Shown: positions 20,326 to 31,321 of the stretch, piece after piece
Numbering within the stretch: the stretch's first letter is position 1
Layout: every line of letters starts with the position of its first letter
From: Hyphomonadaceae bacterium
GTDB lineage: Bacteria > Pseudomonadota > Alphaproteobacteria > Caulobacterales > Hyphomonadaceae
NCBI GenBank assembly: GCA_016714495.1
Contig: JADKDU010000007.1
Coordinates: forward strand, 59,438-123,437
Length of the DNA: 64,000 bases
Reading direction: 5' to 3'
Program-made: the position numbers and the translations under genes
The notes under the pieces: model-generated
Told to the model about the DNA's origin: nothing
Databases searched by the model: none
Seen by the model: the letters and a program-made list of their open reading frames with translations, nothing else

Positions 20326-20880
20326 ATGCGCACAACACCTGCGAAGGTCGACGACTGGCTATTTGGCCAGGACGACAATCCGCCCGCCGGAGAGACGGCG
20401 GAGGATGCTTTCGATTCATTTGGTCCTATTACCGATATCAGCCGCGCCTTGCAGCGGCCGGCTCACCAGCCGGTCACGCAGGGGCCGCACGATTTCACGC
20501 GGATCCTTGTCGCTGAAGGCGACGCCTATCATCGCCGCGTCCTGCGTGTCCTGCTCGCGAGCCCGCGCGTTTCGGCGATCGAGGTGGAGGATGGGCAGGC
20601 GGCGGTGGACCTTCTCGCATTGCGCTCGTTCGACCTGCTGCTGCTCGACATGGATCTGCCGCAGATGACCGGCGTGGAGGTGATCCGCTGGGTGCGGCGG
20701 AGCAGTACGCCGTGGGCGGACATTCCGATCCTTGGCCTGCTGAACGACAAGCGCCACCACGAGGCCGGCAAGCTGATGTCGATCGGCATGACGGACTGGA
20801 CCGCCAAGCCCTTGAGCCGCCATCACCTGGCGGACAAGATCGTGCATTTGCTGCCAGGCCTGTACGATGCGGGGCTTTAG
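20326..20880 (+). CDS. single-domain response regulator with about 60-aa N-terminal extension, atypical receiver
   Basis: Receiver closely resembles the two kinase receivers (FDLLLLDMDLPQMTG, TAKPL). The conserved Thr/Ser of the PVIALTA strand reads PILGLLN. Confidence 0.7.
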   Translation: MRTTPAKVDDWLFGQDDNPPAGETAEDAFDSFGPITDISRALQRPAHQPVTQGPHDFTRILVAEGDAYHRRVLRVLLASPRVSAIEVEDGQAAVDLLALRSFDLLLLDMDLPQMTGVEVIRWVRRSSTPWADIPILGLLNDKRHHEAGKLMSIGMTDWTAKPLSRHHLADKIVHLLPGLYDAGL

Positions 20881-20889
20881 GCGCGCGAG

Positions 20890-21068
20890 CGCTGTCTCGC
20901 TGGAGTGCGAGTTGGTGGGATTGGGTTTGGCCTGATCAGATGAGGCTGTGACGGGGTCTGTGCGCCGTATTCCCGGCGAAGGCGGGATCCAGAATGCCGC
21001 AAGGGGATTCTTAGCCCTTCGCGCGCTTGTCCGTTCAAGAGGACGCGATCCTCATTTGCAAGCGAGAC
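20890..21068 (-). ncRNA. ssrS: candidate 6S RNA (ends approximate)
   Basis: Immediately 3' of zapA, as in other bacteria. On the minus strand GUCUCGCU (21068-21061) pairs with AGCGAGAC (20901-20894), AUGAGG (21055-21050) with CCUCAU (20945-20940), GCGAAGG (21022-21016) with CCUUCGC (20982-20976), plus an apical AGAAU/AUUCU stem. No ORF. Confidence 0.45.
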
Positions 21069-21405
21069 CTAGCTGGCTTCGTCGACGCGGCGGGAGAGCA
21101 TTTCGATTCTGGCGGCGGCGTCGGTAAGAAGGGTCGCGGCGCGGTTTTCGAGATTGCGGATGCGATCATCCAGCGCCTTGGAGCCGGAGTTGGCAGCCTG
21201 GGCGTCGAGCTCGTCGAGAATGGAGAGACCGGCGGCGAGGAACAGACGTTCGGCGCCGAGGTCGCCGAGAGCTTCGATGAGCTCTTTCACGCGCTGGTCG
21301 AACCGCGCGCCGAGTTCCTCGAGGCGCGCTTCCTGGCCGGGACGCGCAGCTGAGCGCATAGCGCTTTCCGGCGATCTGGAGTTCTGCCTTGGCCACGACA
21401 TCCAC
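21069..21405 (-). pseudogene. zapA: cell-division protein ZapA, apparent 1-nt frameshift
   Basis: Frame A (GTG 21405 or 21396) gives VAKAELQIAGKRYALSCA. Frame B gives PGQEARLEELGARFDQRVKELIEALGDLGAERLFLAAGLSILDEL to the stop at 21069. The frames join at a C-run near 21339-21342. Confidence 0.7.
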
Positions 21406-21481
21406 CTTCTGAGTCGCCCATTATGCCCGGGTCTGAACCGTTACCCTAGACCCAGCGTTCCTATAACCGCCAGCCCGTCGC

Positions 21482-21769
21482 CTAAACTTTACCGAGGGCT
21501 TCGCGGACTTCCGAAATGGCGGCGCCCAGGGCTTCGGACGCTTCGTCAGCGAGACGTTGCAGCTCCCTTTCGCGCGCCTTCGCGGCATCCAGATCGCCTG
21601 CGAGACGAGCACGGTCCATGCGCAGGGCGTCCGCCTCCCGCTCGTGGGAACGGTGGGTCTCCAGACGGTCAAAAAGCCCGTCCAGACGGCCTTCCAGACG
21701 ATCGATCGCCGCCTCCAGCTGCTGGAGGGCAGTGTCGATTTCCGGTGATTGTTCAGGTCCCTCGCTCAT
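21482..21769 (-). CDS. DUF4164 coiled-coil protein (ZapA-associated, ZauP-like)
   Basis: MSEGPEQSPEIDTALQQLEAAIDRLEGRLDGLFDRLE is coiled coil. It lies directly upstream of zapA and divergent from tkt, the conserved alphaproteobacterial arrangement. Confidence 0.7.
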   Translation of the reverse strand: MSEGPEQSPEIDTALQQLEAAIDRLEGRLDGLFDRLETHRSHEREADALRMDRARLAGDLDAAKARERELQRLADEASEALGAAISEVREALGKV

Positions 21770-21888
21770 CCCCCGCCACTTTGAGGCTTGTGAGCAAGTC
21801 GCGCAATGGCGTGGTGCGGCTGCGAAACCTCTTTGAGGCGACACGCATCCCCGTTAATCAGCGCCACAACCCGCCGGAGGGAATTTTT

Positions 21889-23856
21889 ATGCCCCAACTG
21901 CCGCTCGCCAATGCGATCCGCGCCCTTTCGATGGATGCCGTGGAAAAAGCCCAGAGCGGCCATTGCGGCTTGCCGCTGGGCTTCGCGGACGTTGCGACCC
22001 TGCTCTATCAGGAATTCCTGAAGTTCGACGCGTCCGATCCGAGCTGGCCGGACAGGGACCGCCTCGTGCTGTCTGCGGGCCATGGCTCGATGCTGCTCTA
22101 TTCCCTGCTCTACCTGACCGGCTATCCGGATGTGAGTCTCGACGAGATCCGGAATTTCCGTCAGCTCGGCTCGAAGACGCCAGGCCACCCGGAATATGGG
22201 CACACGGTTGGCGTCGAGACGACGACCGGACCCTTGGGCCAGGGCCTCGCCAACGCCGTGGGCATGGCGATGGCGGAACGTCACCTCAATGCGCGCTTCG
22301 GCGACGAGCTGGTGAACCACAAAACCTATGTGATCGCGGGTGATGGTTGCCTGATGGAAGGCATCAGCCAGGAAGCGCTGACGCTGGCCGGGCATCTGCG
22401 GCTCAAGAACCTGATCGTGCTGTTCGACGACAACGCCGTCACCATCGATGGCTCGACCGCACTGTCGGATGCGACGGACCAGATCAAGCGCTTCAAGGCG
22501 TCTGGCTGGAATGTGGCGCGCGTTGACGGGCATAACATGGATGCGGTGCGCGGCGCGCTGCTGCAGGCGCAGACGGCCGATCGTCCCTCGCTGATCGCTT
22601 GCAAGACCATTATCGGTTATGGCGCGCCGAAGATCGCGGGCACGGGACCGGCGCATGGCGGGCCTTATGGCGCAGAAGAGATTGCAGGCATCCGCAAGGC
22701 GATCGACTGGCCGCACGAGCCCTTCGTCGTGCCCGAAGAGGTGCTGAAGGAATGGCGCAAGATCGGCGCGCAGGGCGCGCGTCATCGCGAGGCGTGGGAG
22801 AAACGTCTGGCGGCGTCGGACAAGCGCGGCGCGCTGGAGGCTACGCTGTCGGGCAAGGTTCCGGCGGGACTGAAGGCGGCGATCAACGCGCACAAGAAGA
22901 AGATCGTGGAAGCGCCAAAAGCCGACGCCACGCGCAAATGGTCTGGCGCCGCGCTGGAAGTGGCGACCGAGCTCATGCCGGAACTGGTGGGCGGATCGGC
23001 CGACCTCACCGGCTCGAACAACACGCGCACGGCGGCGAACAAGGCGCCCATGACGCCGGAGAATTATGGCGGGCGCTATGTCCACTGGGGCATTCGCGAA
23101 CACGCCATGGCGGCGGCGATGAACGGCATGGCGCTGCATGGCGGCATCGTACCGTATTCTGGGACGTTCCTGGTGTTCTCGGATTACTCGCGGCCGGCCA
23201 TCCGGCTGGGCGCCCTGATGAACCAGCGCGTGATCCATGTGATGACGCATGACTCGATCGGCGTGGGCGAAGACGGCCCAACGCACCAGCCGGTGGAGCA
23301 TGTCGCTTCGCTGCGTAATATTCCGAACCTGCTGGTCTTCCGTCCGGCCGATGGCGTCGAAACCGCGGAGGCGTGGGAAGTCGCGCTTAATTCGACGACT
23401 GCGCCGTCGCTGATCGCGCTCACCCGCCAGAACCTCGCGCCGGCGCGGAAGGAGCACACGGAGGAGAACCTCGTGGCGAAGGGCGGCTATGTGCTCTCCC
23501 CCGCGAGGAAGCCGGAGAAGATCGTGCTGCTGGCGACGGGATCGGAAGTTGAGATCGCGCTGGAGGCTCAAAAGCAGCTGGAAGCCGACGGGATCGGCGC
23601 ACGTGTCGTTTCGATGCCGTGCTTTTCGCTGTTTGCCACGCAGCCGGCTAAGTACCAGGCCGACACGCTGGGCGGAAAACTGCCGAAGGTGGCGGTGGAA
23701 GCGGGCATCCGCGATGGCTGGGATCGCTGGATCGGGCCGGAGGGCGGGTTTGTCGGCATGACAGGCTTTGGCGCGTCGGCCCCTTACAAGGCGCTGTACA
23801 AGCACTTCGACATTACCGCCGAGGCCGTGGTGAAGGCAGCTAAAGAGCGCGTGTAA
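21889..23856 (+). CDS. tkt: transketolase
   Basis: 655 aa from ATG 21889 (GGAGGG upstream). SGHCGLPLG, VLSAGHGSMLLYSLLYLTGY, GDGCLMEGIS and HDSIGVGEDGPTHQPVE. The 900-aa ORF-track entry is an upstream artefact. Confidence 0.95.
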   Translation: MPQLPLANAIRALSMDAVEKAQSGHCGLPLGFADVATLLYQEFLKFDASDPSWPDRDRLVLSAGHGSMLLYSLLYLTGYPDVSLDEIRNFRQLGSKTPGHPEYGHTVGVETTTGPLGQGLANAVGMAMAERHLNARFGDELVNHKTYVIAGDGCLMEGISQEALTLAGHLRLKNLIVLFDDNAVTIDGSTALSDATDQIKRFKASGWNVARVDGHNMDAVRGALLQAQTADRPSLIACKTIIGYGAPKIAGTGPAHGGPYGAEEIAGIRKAIDWPHEPFVVPEEVLKEWRKIGAQGARHREAWEKRLAASDKRGALEATLSGKVPAGLKAAINAHKKKIVEAPKADATRKWSGAALEVATELMPELVGGSADLTGSNNTRTAANKAPMTPENYGGRYVHWGIREHAMAAAMNGMALHGGIVPYSGTFLVFSDYSRPAIRLGALMNQRVIHVMTHDSIGVGEDGPTHQPVEHVASLRNIPNLLVFRPADGVETAEAWEVALNSTTAPSLIALTRQNLAPARKEHTEENLVAKGGYVLSPARKPEKIVLLATGSEVEIALEAQKQLEADGIGARVVSMPCFSLFATQPAKYQADTLGGKLPKVAVEAGIRDGWDRWIGPEGGFVGMTGFGASAPYKALYKHFDITAEAVVKAAKERV

Positions 23857-24025
23857 CGGGCGTTCCGGCCCGGCTCACGAAACGCTACGGCGAATTGCGC
23901 GATTTTCACCGCGCAAACCTCTCGCAATGGCGCAAAAAACCGCTATTACGCCGCGCATGAAGACCGTGTGACGGCCGGTCCCGTTCCTGCATCCGGGGCC
24001 GTACTTGGATGATAGAGGATTCCCG

Positions 24026-25033
24026 ATGGCTGTTCGTGTTGCGATCAACGGTTTTGGCCGGATTGGTCGACTGGTTCTCCGTTCCATCCTGGAACACAAG
24101 CGCACGGACATCGAAGTCGTCGCGGTTAACGATCTCGGCCCGGTCGAGACCAATGTTCACCTGCTGAAATACGATAGCGTCCATGGGCCGCTGAACATGG
24201 ACGTGACGGTCGAGGGCGATTTCGTCTCGGTCGGCAACCAGAAGTTCAAGGTCACGGCGATCAAGAACCCGGCCGAGCTGCCGCACAAGGATCTGAACGT
24301 CGACATCGCGTTCGAGTGCACCGGCATCTTCACGGCGAAGGACAAAGCCGCCCTGCACCTGCAGGCTGGCGCCAAGCGCGTGCTGATCTCGGCCCCCGGC
24401 GAGAATTCGGACCTGACGGTTGTCTATGGCGTGAACCATCAGAAACTCACCAAGGAGCACATGATCGTCTCGAACGCCTCGTGCACCACCAACTGCCTCG
24501 CGCCGGTCGCGAAGGTTCTTCACGATGTGATCGGCATCGAGAAGGGCATGATGACGACGATCCACTCCTACACCGGCGACCAGCCGACGCTGGATACGAT
24601 GCACAAGGATCTCTATCGCGGCCGCGCGGCGGCGCTGTCGATGATCCCGACTTCGACGGGCGCGGCGAAGGCCGTGGGCCTTGTTCTGCCGGAACTCAAC
24701 GGCAAGCTGGACGGCGTGTCGGTTCGCGTGCCGACACCGAACGTTTCGCTGGTCGACCTGAAATTCATCGCCAAGCGCCCGACGACCGTCAAAGAGGTCA
24801 ACGACGCCATCAAGGCCGCGGCGGACGGCAAGCTGAAGAGCATTCTCGGCTACACGTTCGAGAAGCTGGTCTCGTCCGACTTCAACCATAATCCGCATTC
24901 GTCGATCTTCCATATGGACCAGACAAAGGTCATGGACGGCAACATGGTCTCGATCATGAGCTGGTATGACAATGAATGGGGCTTCTCGACCCGCATGAGC
25001 GACACAGCTGTCGCCTGGGGCAAGCTGATCTAG
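24026..25033 (+). CDS. gap: glyceraldehyde-3-phosphate dehydrogenase
   Basis: [15 protein letters not shown], active site [26 protein letters not shown] upstream of ATG 24026. Confidence 0.95.
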   Translation: MAVRVAINGFGRIGRLVLRSILEHKRTDIEVVAVNDLGPVETNVHLLKYDSVHGPLNMDVTVEGDFVSVGNQKFKVTAIKNPAELPHKDLNVDIAFECTGIFTAKDKAALHLQAGAKRVLISAPGENSDLTVVYGVNHQKLTKEHMIVSNASCTTNCLAPVAKVLHDVIGIEKGMMTTIHSYTGDQPTLDTMHKDLYRGRAAALSMIPTSTGAAKAVGLVLPELNGKLDGVSVRVPTPNVSLVDLKFIAKRPTTVKEVNDAIKAAADGKLKSILGYTFEKLVSSDFNHNPHSSIFHMDQTKVMDGNMVSIMSWYDNEWGFSTRMSDTAVAWGKLI

Positions 25034-25509
25034 TGGCCGGCAGGAAAAAAGAACCGCAGGGGACGGCGACCGATGAGGTCGCCGTTCACGCTTCTGCTTC
25101 CCCGCCCTACCAGGTGAAGGGCGAGGTTGTTGATGGGGCAGGCGTGCCCGCCAAGGCCGAGGACAAGCCTTATGATCCGGCGGCGTGGATGCATCAGCGG
25201 CTGGTCCATCAAGTAATGGAGTTCGAGAAAAATCTCGGACCTGACCACGAAGTGGGCGGACGATTTGTCGAAGGACCAAGCGGGGAGCCGTTGCACTTGT
25301 CGAACGTGGCGAGCTGGGGCCCGGATATGATCCTGTTCATGGGCGAGTTCCCGGACGGCCGGAAATGGGAGCTGGTGCAGCACTACAGCCAGGTCTCGAT
25401 GCTTCTGGTCGCGGTGAAGAAGATGAACGAGGCGCCGCGGCGGATCGGCTTCGAACTGCTGAAGAACGTCAAGGAGCAGGATGTTCCATGGGAAGATCCG
25501 ATCAGCTAG
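25033..25509 (+). CDS. conserved hypothetical protein between gap and pgk (start uncertain)
   Basis: Open frame with coding-type GC3 bias. Earliest start is a GTG overlapping the gap TAG; internal Met at AAWMHQ is also possible. No motif recognised. Confidence 0.4.
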   Translation: MAGRKKEPQGTATDEVAVHASASPPYQVKGEVVDGAGVPAKAEDKPYDPAAWMHQRLVHQVMEFEKNLGPDHEVGGRFVEGPSGEPLHLSNVASWGPDMILFMGEFPDGRKWELVQHYSQVSMLLVAVKKMNEAPRRIGFELLKNVKEQDVPWEDPIS

Positions 25510-25576
25510 CGGCCGAACGATGCACGCACGCGTGCGAAGACTATCCGACTTTACCTTATCTGACGGGACGAATGAC

Positions 25577-26767
25577 ATGACCTTCCGCAAGCTTCAGGGC
25601 GCCGACCTCAAGGGCAAGACGGCGCTGGTGCGCGTCGACTTCAACGTGCCGATGGAAGATGGCAAGGTCACCGACGAGACGCGCCTGAAAGCAGCGCTGC
25701 CGACGATCGAGCTGCTCTCGAAGGCCGGAGCGAAAACCGTCCTGCTTGCACACTTCGACCGGCCCAAAGGCAAGCGCGTGCCCGAGATGAGCCTGAAGCC
25801 GGTGCTCGACGACCTCTCCGCCCTGGTCGGCAAGCCGGTGGCGTGGGCCGACGACTGCATCGGCGATGTAGCTGCGAGCGTCATTAACGCCATGAAGCCG
25901 GGCGACGTCGCCCTGATGGAAAATGTCCGCTACCATGCGGGCGAGGAAAAGAATGATCCCGCCTTCGCCGCCGAGCTTGCGAAGCTGGGCGACATCTATG
26001 TCAACGACGCCTTCTCGGCCGCACACCGCGCTCACGCGTCCACCGAGGGCGTGGCGAAACTTCTGCCGGCCTATCCCGGCCTCTCCATGGAACGCGAATT
26101 GACGGCGCTGGAACTGGCGCTAGGCAAGCCTGAACGGCCGGTGATGGGGATTGTCGGCGGGTCGAAGGTTTCGACCAAGCTCGACCTGCTGAAGAACCTC
26201 GTGACCAAGCTGGACAAGCTGGCGATCGGCGGCGGCATGGCCAACACTTTCCTCTATGCACAAGGCCACGACGTCGGGGCGTCATACTGCGAGAAGGACC
26301 TCGCCGAAACGGCGCGTGAGATCATCCGCCTCGCCGGACACAACAACTGCAAGCTCTTCCTGCCGCTGGACATTGTGGTGTCGGAGCAGATGGCGGCGGG
26401 CGTGCCCACGCGCGTGCGGAATCTCGGCAATGTCGACGAGCATGAACGCATTCTCGACGCGGGCCCGGAAACCGTCGCCCGCCTGAAGCGCGCCATCAGC
26501 AACTCGAAGACGCTGATCTGGAACGGCCCGCTGGGCGTGTTCGAGATTCCACCCTTCCAGCGCGCTACGATGGAAGCCGCGTGGCACGCAGCCCAGCTCG
26601 CCCGTGAAGGCAAGCTGATCGCCGTGGCCGGAGGCGGCGACACCGTTTCCGCACTCAACATGGCGGGCGTCGCGGTCGACTTCACCTTCGTCTCGACAGC
26701 AGGCGGCGCCTTCCTGGAATGGATGGAAGGCAAGGTCCTGCCGGGCGTGGAAGCGTTGAAGGTCTGA
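25577..26767 (+). CDS. pgk: phosphoglycerate kinase
   Basis: 396 aa. [37 protein letters not shown]. Confidence 0.95.
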   Translation: MTFRKLQGADLKGKTALVRVDFNVPMEDGKVTDETRLKAALPTIELLSKAGAKTVLLAHFDRPKGKRVPEMSLKPVLDDLSALVGKPVAWADDCIGDVAASVINAMKPGDVALMENVRYHAGEEKNDPAFAAELAKLGDIYVNDAFSAAHRAHASTEGVAKLLPAYPGLSMERELTALELALGKPERPVMGIVGGSKVSTKLDLLKNLVTKLDKLAIGGGMANTFLYAQGHDVGASYCEKDLAETAREIIRLAGHNNCKLFLPLDIVVSEQMAAGVPTRVRNLGNVDEHERILDAGPETVARLKRAISNSKTLIWNGPLGVFEIPPFQRATMEAAWHAAQLAREGKLIAVAGGGDTVSALNMAGVAVDFTFVSTAGGAFLEWMEGKVLPGVEALKV

Positions 26768-26824
26768 CCTCCCCTTACAAGCGTTGAACGCAGGGTTGCG
26801 CGCGTCTAGTGTGCGATCTCAGGG

Positions 26825-28073
<1,249 letters not shown>

Positions 28074-28541
28074 CAACAGCGCCCAACCGGCGGCCGAGCG
28101 TCTTGTCCGCAAAGCCGTGATCTCGTTGAGCGCAGGTCCTTCTCCGACGCTCGCAAGCGATTTTATCGTAAGCGAAGTGACCCGGGCGGCAGGATCGACG
28201 AGCATGTCCACAATGGCCCGGATAACCGAACAGCACGACGTCGATGTGGCGAACGCCATCGTTCGTCTGGAGGTCGAGGGCGATCGGAATTGCGAATAGT
28301 GGATCGGGCCGGCCAGACGCAAAGCGGGAGGAGGCAAACACTCTGGCTCGCCCAACTGACGTACTCCCCGCTCGCTGGAAGTCTGCCCAGCGAAAGATCC
28401 GTGGCTGTAAATCGCACAGGCTTAGAGGACCTGCCGTCATCGCGCATGTTCTTGCGCGGCGCAGGGCCGTCTGGCTTTACGCCCCTTGCCATTCGCGTTG
28501 TGCTTTGCCATCGGCTTTGCGCACACGTGGATGAGGCTCAC

Positions 28542-29465
28542 ATGACTATTCGATTTGACGGCAAGATCGCAATCGTGACCGGCGGGGGCAACGGCCTTGG
28601 GCGCCAGCATTGTCTGCAGCTGGCGGCGCGGGGCGCGAAGGTCGTGGTGAACGATCTTGGCGGGTCGGTCGACGGGTCGGGCGGATCGGTTACGGCGGCG
28701 GAAGGCGTGGCCGAGGAAATCCGCAAGGGGGGCGGCGAGGCGATCGGCAATGGCGCAGACATCACCAAGCTCGACCAGGTCGAGGCGATGGTGGCCGAGG
28801 CGAAGGCCAAGTGGGGCCGCGTCGATATTCTTATCAACAATGCCGGCATCTTGCGCGACAAGACGTTCGCCAAGATGACGATGGACGACTTCAAGAAAGT
28901 CGTGGACGTGCATCTGTTCGGCACGGCAAACTGCACCAAGGCTGTATGGGAGACGATGCGCGAGCAGAACTATGGCCGCATCATGCTGACCTCCTCGGCT
29001 TCGGGCATCTATGGCAACTTCGGTCAGTCCAATTATGGCGCGGCGAAAGCGGCGATGATCGGCCTGATGAACGTGCTGAGCCAGGAAGGCGCGAAGAACA
29101 ATATCCGCGTCAACACGCTCGCGCCCGCCGCCGCGACACGGATGCTGGAGGGTCTGTTCTCCGAAGAGGCCGCCAAGCTGATGGCGCCCGAGCTGGTGAC
29201 GCCGGGCGTGCTGTTCCTCGTCAGCGAGAATGCGCCAACAAAGACGATCCTTGGCGCAGGCGCGGGCTGCTTCTCGGTGGTGCACATCTATGAGACGCCG
29301 GCGGTGTTCGTGGGCGGCGCCAACGCGACCGTTGACGATGTCGCCGCCAACTGGGCGAAGATCAGCGATCCGACGAACGAGCAGCGACTCGACGCCGCCT
29401 TCGCACAGACCAACAAGTTCGTGACCGCGGCGGCTGAAGCGCAGGGCGTCAAAACGAAAAGCTGA
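28542..29465 (+). CDS. SDR-family oxidoreductase (hydroxyacyl-CoA dehydrogenase-like)
   Basis: GKIAIVTGGGNGLGR cofactor loop, NNAGILRD, catalytic SNYGAAKAA. Confidence 0.85.
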   Translation: MTIRFDGKIAIVTGGGNGLGRQHCLQLAARGAKVVVNDLGGSVDGSGGSVTAAEGVAEEIRKGGGEAIGNGADITKLDQVEAMVAEAKAKWGRVDILINNAGILRDKTFAKMTMDDFKKVVDVHLFGTANCTKAVWETMREQNYGRIMLTSSASGIYGNFGQSNYGAAKAAMIGLMNVLSQEGAKNNIRVNTLAPAAATRMLEGLFSEEAAKLMAPELVTPGVLFLVSENAPTKTILGAGAGCFSVVHIYETPAVFVGGANATVDDVAANWAKISDPTNEQRLDAAFAQTNKFVTAAAEAQGVKTKS

Positions 29466-29476
29466 GGCGGGGCGGC

Positions 29477-29863
29477 GTGGAGCGGCTCAATCCGATCTGG
29501 ATCAATGTCGCATTCGCACTGCTGTTCCCCGTGCTTGCCGTGCTGGTGATCGGGTCGGAACATGCCGGCGAGGTTTGTAGCGGCGTGATGGGCGGTTCGG
29601 ACGAGACGGCGCGGTTCTGGTACGAGATTCCGTGCAGCCCGGATATGCGCGACCGGGCGGGGCTTGGCGGATATGCCTGGGCCTATGTCGGCATGTTCGT
29701 GGCGACAGGAATCTATTCCGGCGTCCTGTTTCCCGCGATCACAGGCCTGACCGGCGTCATTCTGGAAAGGGCGGCGCCGCGCTGGACCAATCGGGTGGAC
29801 TGGATTGTAACAGCGGTTCTGGCGGTCATTCCGGTCGTGGCGCTGTTCATCGCTTTCGGTTAA
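29477..29863 (+). CDS. hypothetical membrane protein
   Basis: GTG start 12 nt after the SDR stop. Four hydrophobic segments. No family recognised. Confidence 0.45.
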   Translation: MERLNPIWINVAFALLFPVLAVLVIGSEHAGEVCSGVMGGSDETARFWYEIPCSPDMRDRAGLGGYAWAYVGMFVATGIYSGVLFPAITGLTGVILERAAPRWTNRVDWIVTAVLAVIPVVALFIAFG

Positions 29864-29984
29864 TGCGAAAAGTCACGGGAAATGCGCTAAATTCGCGTGT
29901 GGAACGCGTGTTGCTGCGCCACAGTTGACCGTCATTCGCTGTCCCGCCAAAACGCGGAATACAGCTCTCAGGGGAAACGAAACC

Positions 29985-31070
29985 ATGGCCCGCATCACGT
30001 TGCGTCAGTTGCTCGACCACGCCGCCGAGCACAGCTACGGGCTGCCCGCCTTCAACATCAACAACATGGAACAGGCGCTGGCCATCATGGAGGCCGCCGA
30101 GAAGGTCGACGCTCCGGTGATCATGCAGGCAAGCCGCGGCGCCCGCTCCTACGCCAACGACATCGTGCTGAAGCACATCATCGACGCTTGCGCCGAGATG
30201 TACCCCAACATCCCGATCTGCATGCACCAGGACCACGGCAACGGCCCGGCGACCTGCGCCACCGCGATCCAGTTCGGCTTCACCTCGGTGATGATGGATG
30301 GCTCGCTGAAGGAAGACGCGAAGACGCCGGCCGACTACGCCTATAACGTCGATGTCACCCGTCGCGTGACCGAGATGGCGCATGCGTGCGGCGTGTCAGT
30401 GGAAGGCGAGCTGGGCGTGCTGGGTTCGCTTGAGACGGGCATGGGCGAAGCCGAGGACGGCCATGGCGCCGAGGGCAAGCTGGACCACTCGCAGTTGCTG
30501 ACGGACCCGGACCAGGCGGTCGATTTCGTGCGCGAGACGCAGGTTGACGCGCTGGCGATCGCCATGGGCACCAGCCACGGCGCCTACAAGTTCACGCGCA
30601 AGCCCGACGGCGAAGTGCTGGCAATGAACGTGATCGAGGAAATTCACCGTCGCCTGCCGAACACGCACCTTGTGATGCATGGCTCGTCGTCGGTTCCCCA
30701 GGACCTGCAGGACGAGATCAACAAGTATGGCGGCAAGATGCCTCAAACCTGGGGCGTGCCAGTGGAAGAAATCCAGCGCGGCATCAAGCACGGCGTACGC
30801 AAGATCAACATCGACACCGACAACCGCATGGCGATCACGGGCGCGATCCGCAAAGTGTTCGCCGAAAAGCCGGGCGAGTTCGACCCGCGCAGCTATCTGA
30901 AGCCCGCCAAGGAAGCGATGCGCAAGGTCTGCATCCAGCGCTATCAGGAGTTCGGTTGCGAGGGCATGGCGAGCAAGATCAAGCCGGTGTCGCTGGCCGT
31001 GATGGCGAAGAAATACGCCGCCGGCGACCTCGCCCCGCGCATCGCCGTGACGGCGAAAGCGGCCGAGTAA
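29985..31070 (+). CDS. fba: class II fructose-bisphosphate aldolase
   Basis: [51 protein letters not shown]. Confidence 0.93.
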   Translation: MARITLRQLLDHAAEHSYGLPAFNINNMEQALAIMEAAEKVDAPVIMQASRGARSYANDIVLKHIIDACAEMYPNIPICMHQDHGNGPATCATAIQFGFTSVMMDGSLKEDAKTPADYAYNVDVTRRVTEMAHACGVSVEGELGVLGSLETGMGEAEDGHGAEGKLDHSQLLTDPDQAVDFVRETQVDALAIAMGTSHGAYKFTRKPDGEVLAMNVIEEIHRRLPNTHLVMHGSSSVPQDLQDEINKYGGKMPQTWGVPVEEIQRGIKHGVRKINIDTDNRMAITGAIRKVFAEKPGEFDPRSYLKPAKEAMRKVCIQRYQEFGCEGMASKIKPVSLAVMAKKYAAGDLAPRIAVTAKAAE

Positions 31071-31321
31071 GCGTCCAGCATCGAAGACATTCACACGCTG
31101 TGAGCAGACCGCCCACAGGCTTGTGCTTTTTGGTTCGCTCCGGCGATCGCCTGCCGGCGGGATAATGGCGCCCGTTGATTAATCAGGAAAAACGTCCCAG
31201 CCCGCTTAACACGTGTTTATTGGGGCGCCTGATTCGCCTGCTGGTTTAATCCCATAGCGCTGTGGATAACCCTGTGGAGGATTTAGCCGGCCGAGAGAAC
31301 GCGCGGCTGGGGAATTCGGGG

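Noticed and set aside
21154-23856. 900-aa ORF suggesting a giant transketolase fusion
   Set aside because: The first 245 codons are antisense to the zapA/DUF4164 region and are low-complexity. Transketolase similarity begins exactly at ATG 21889, which has its own RBS.
28074-28541. 470-bp gap between the aldo-keto reductase and SDR genes, with several 90-140-aa ORFs on both strands. One frame is faintly AraC/HTH-like (VIRAIVDMLVDPAARVTSLTIKSLASVG).
   Set aside because: No frame shows a convincing motif, start signal or consistent coding bias. It may be another decayed regulator, but I cannot support a call.
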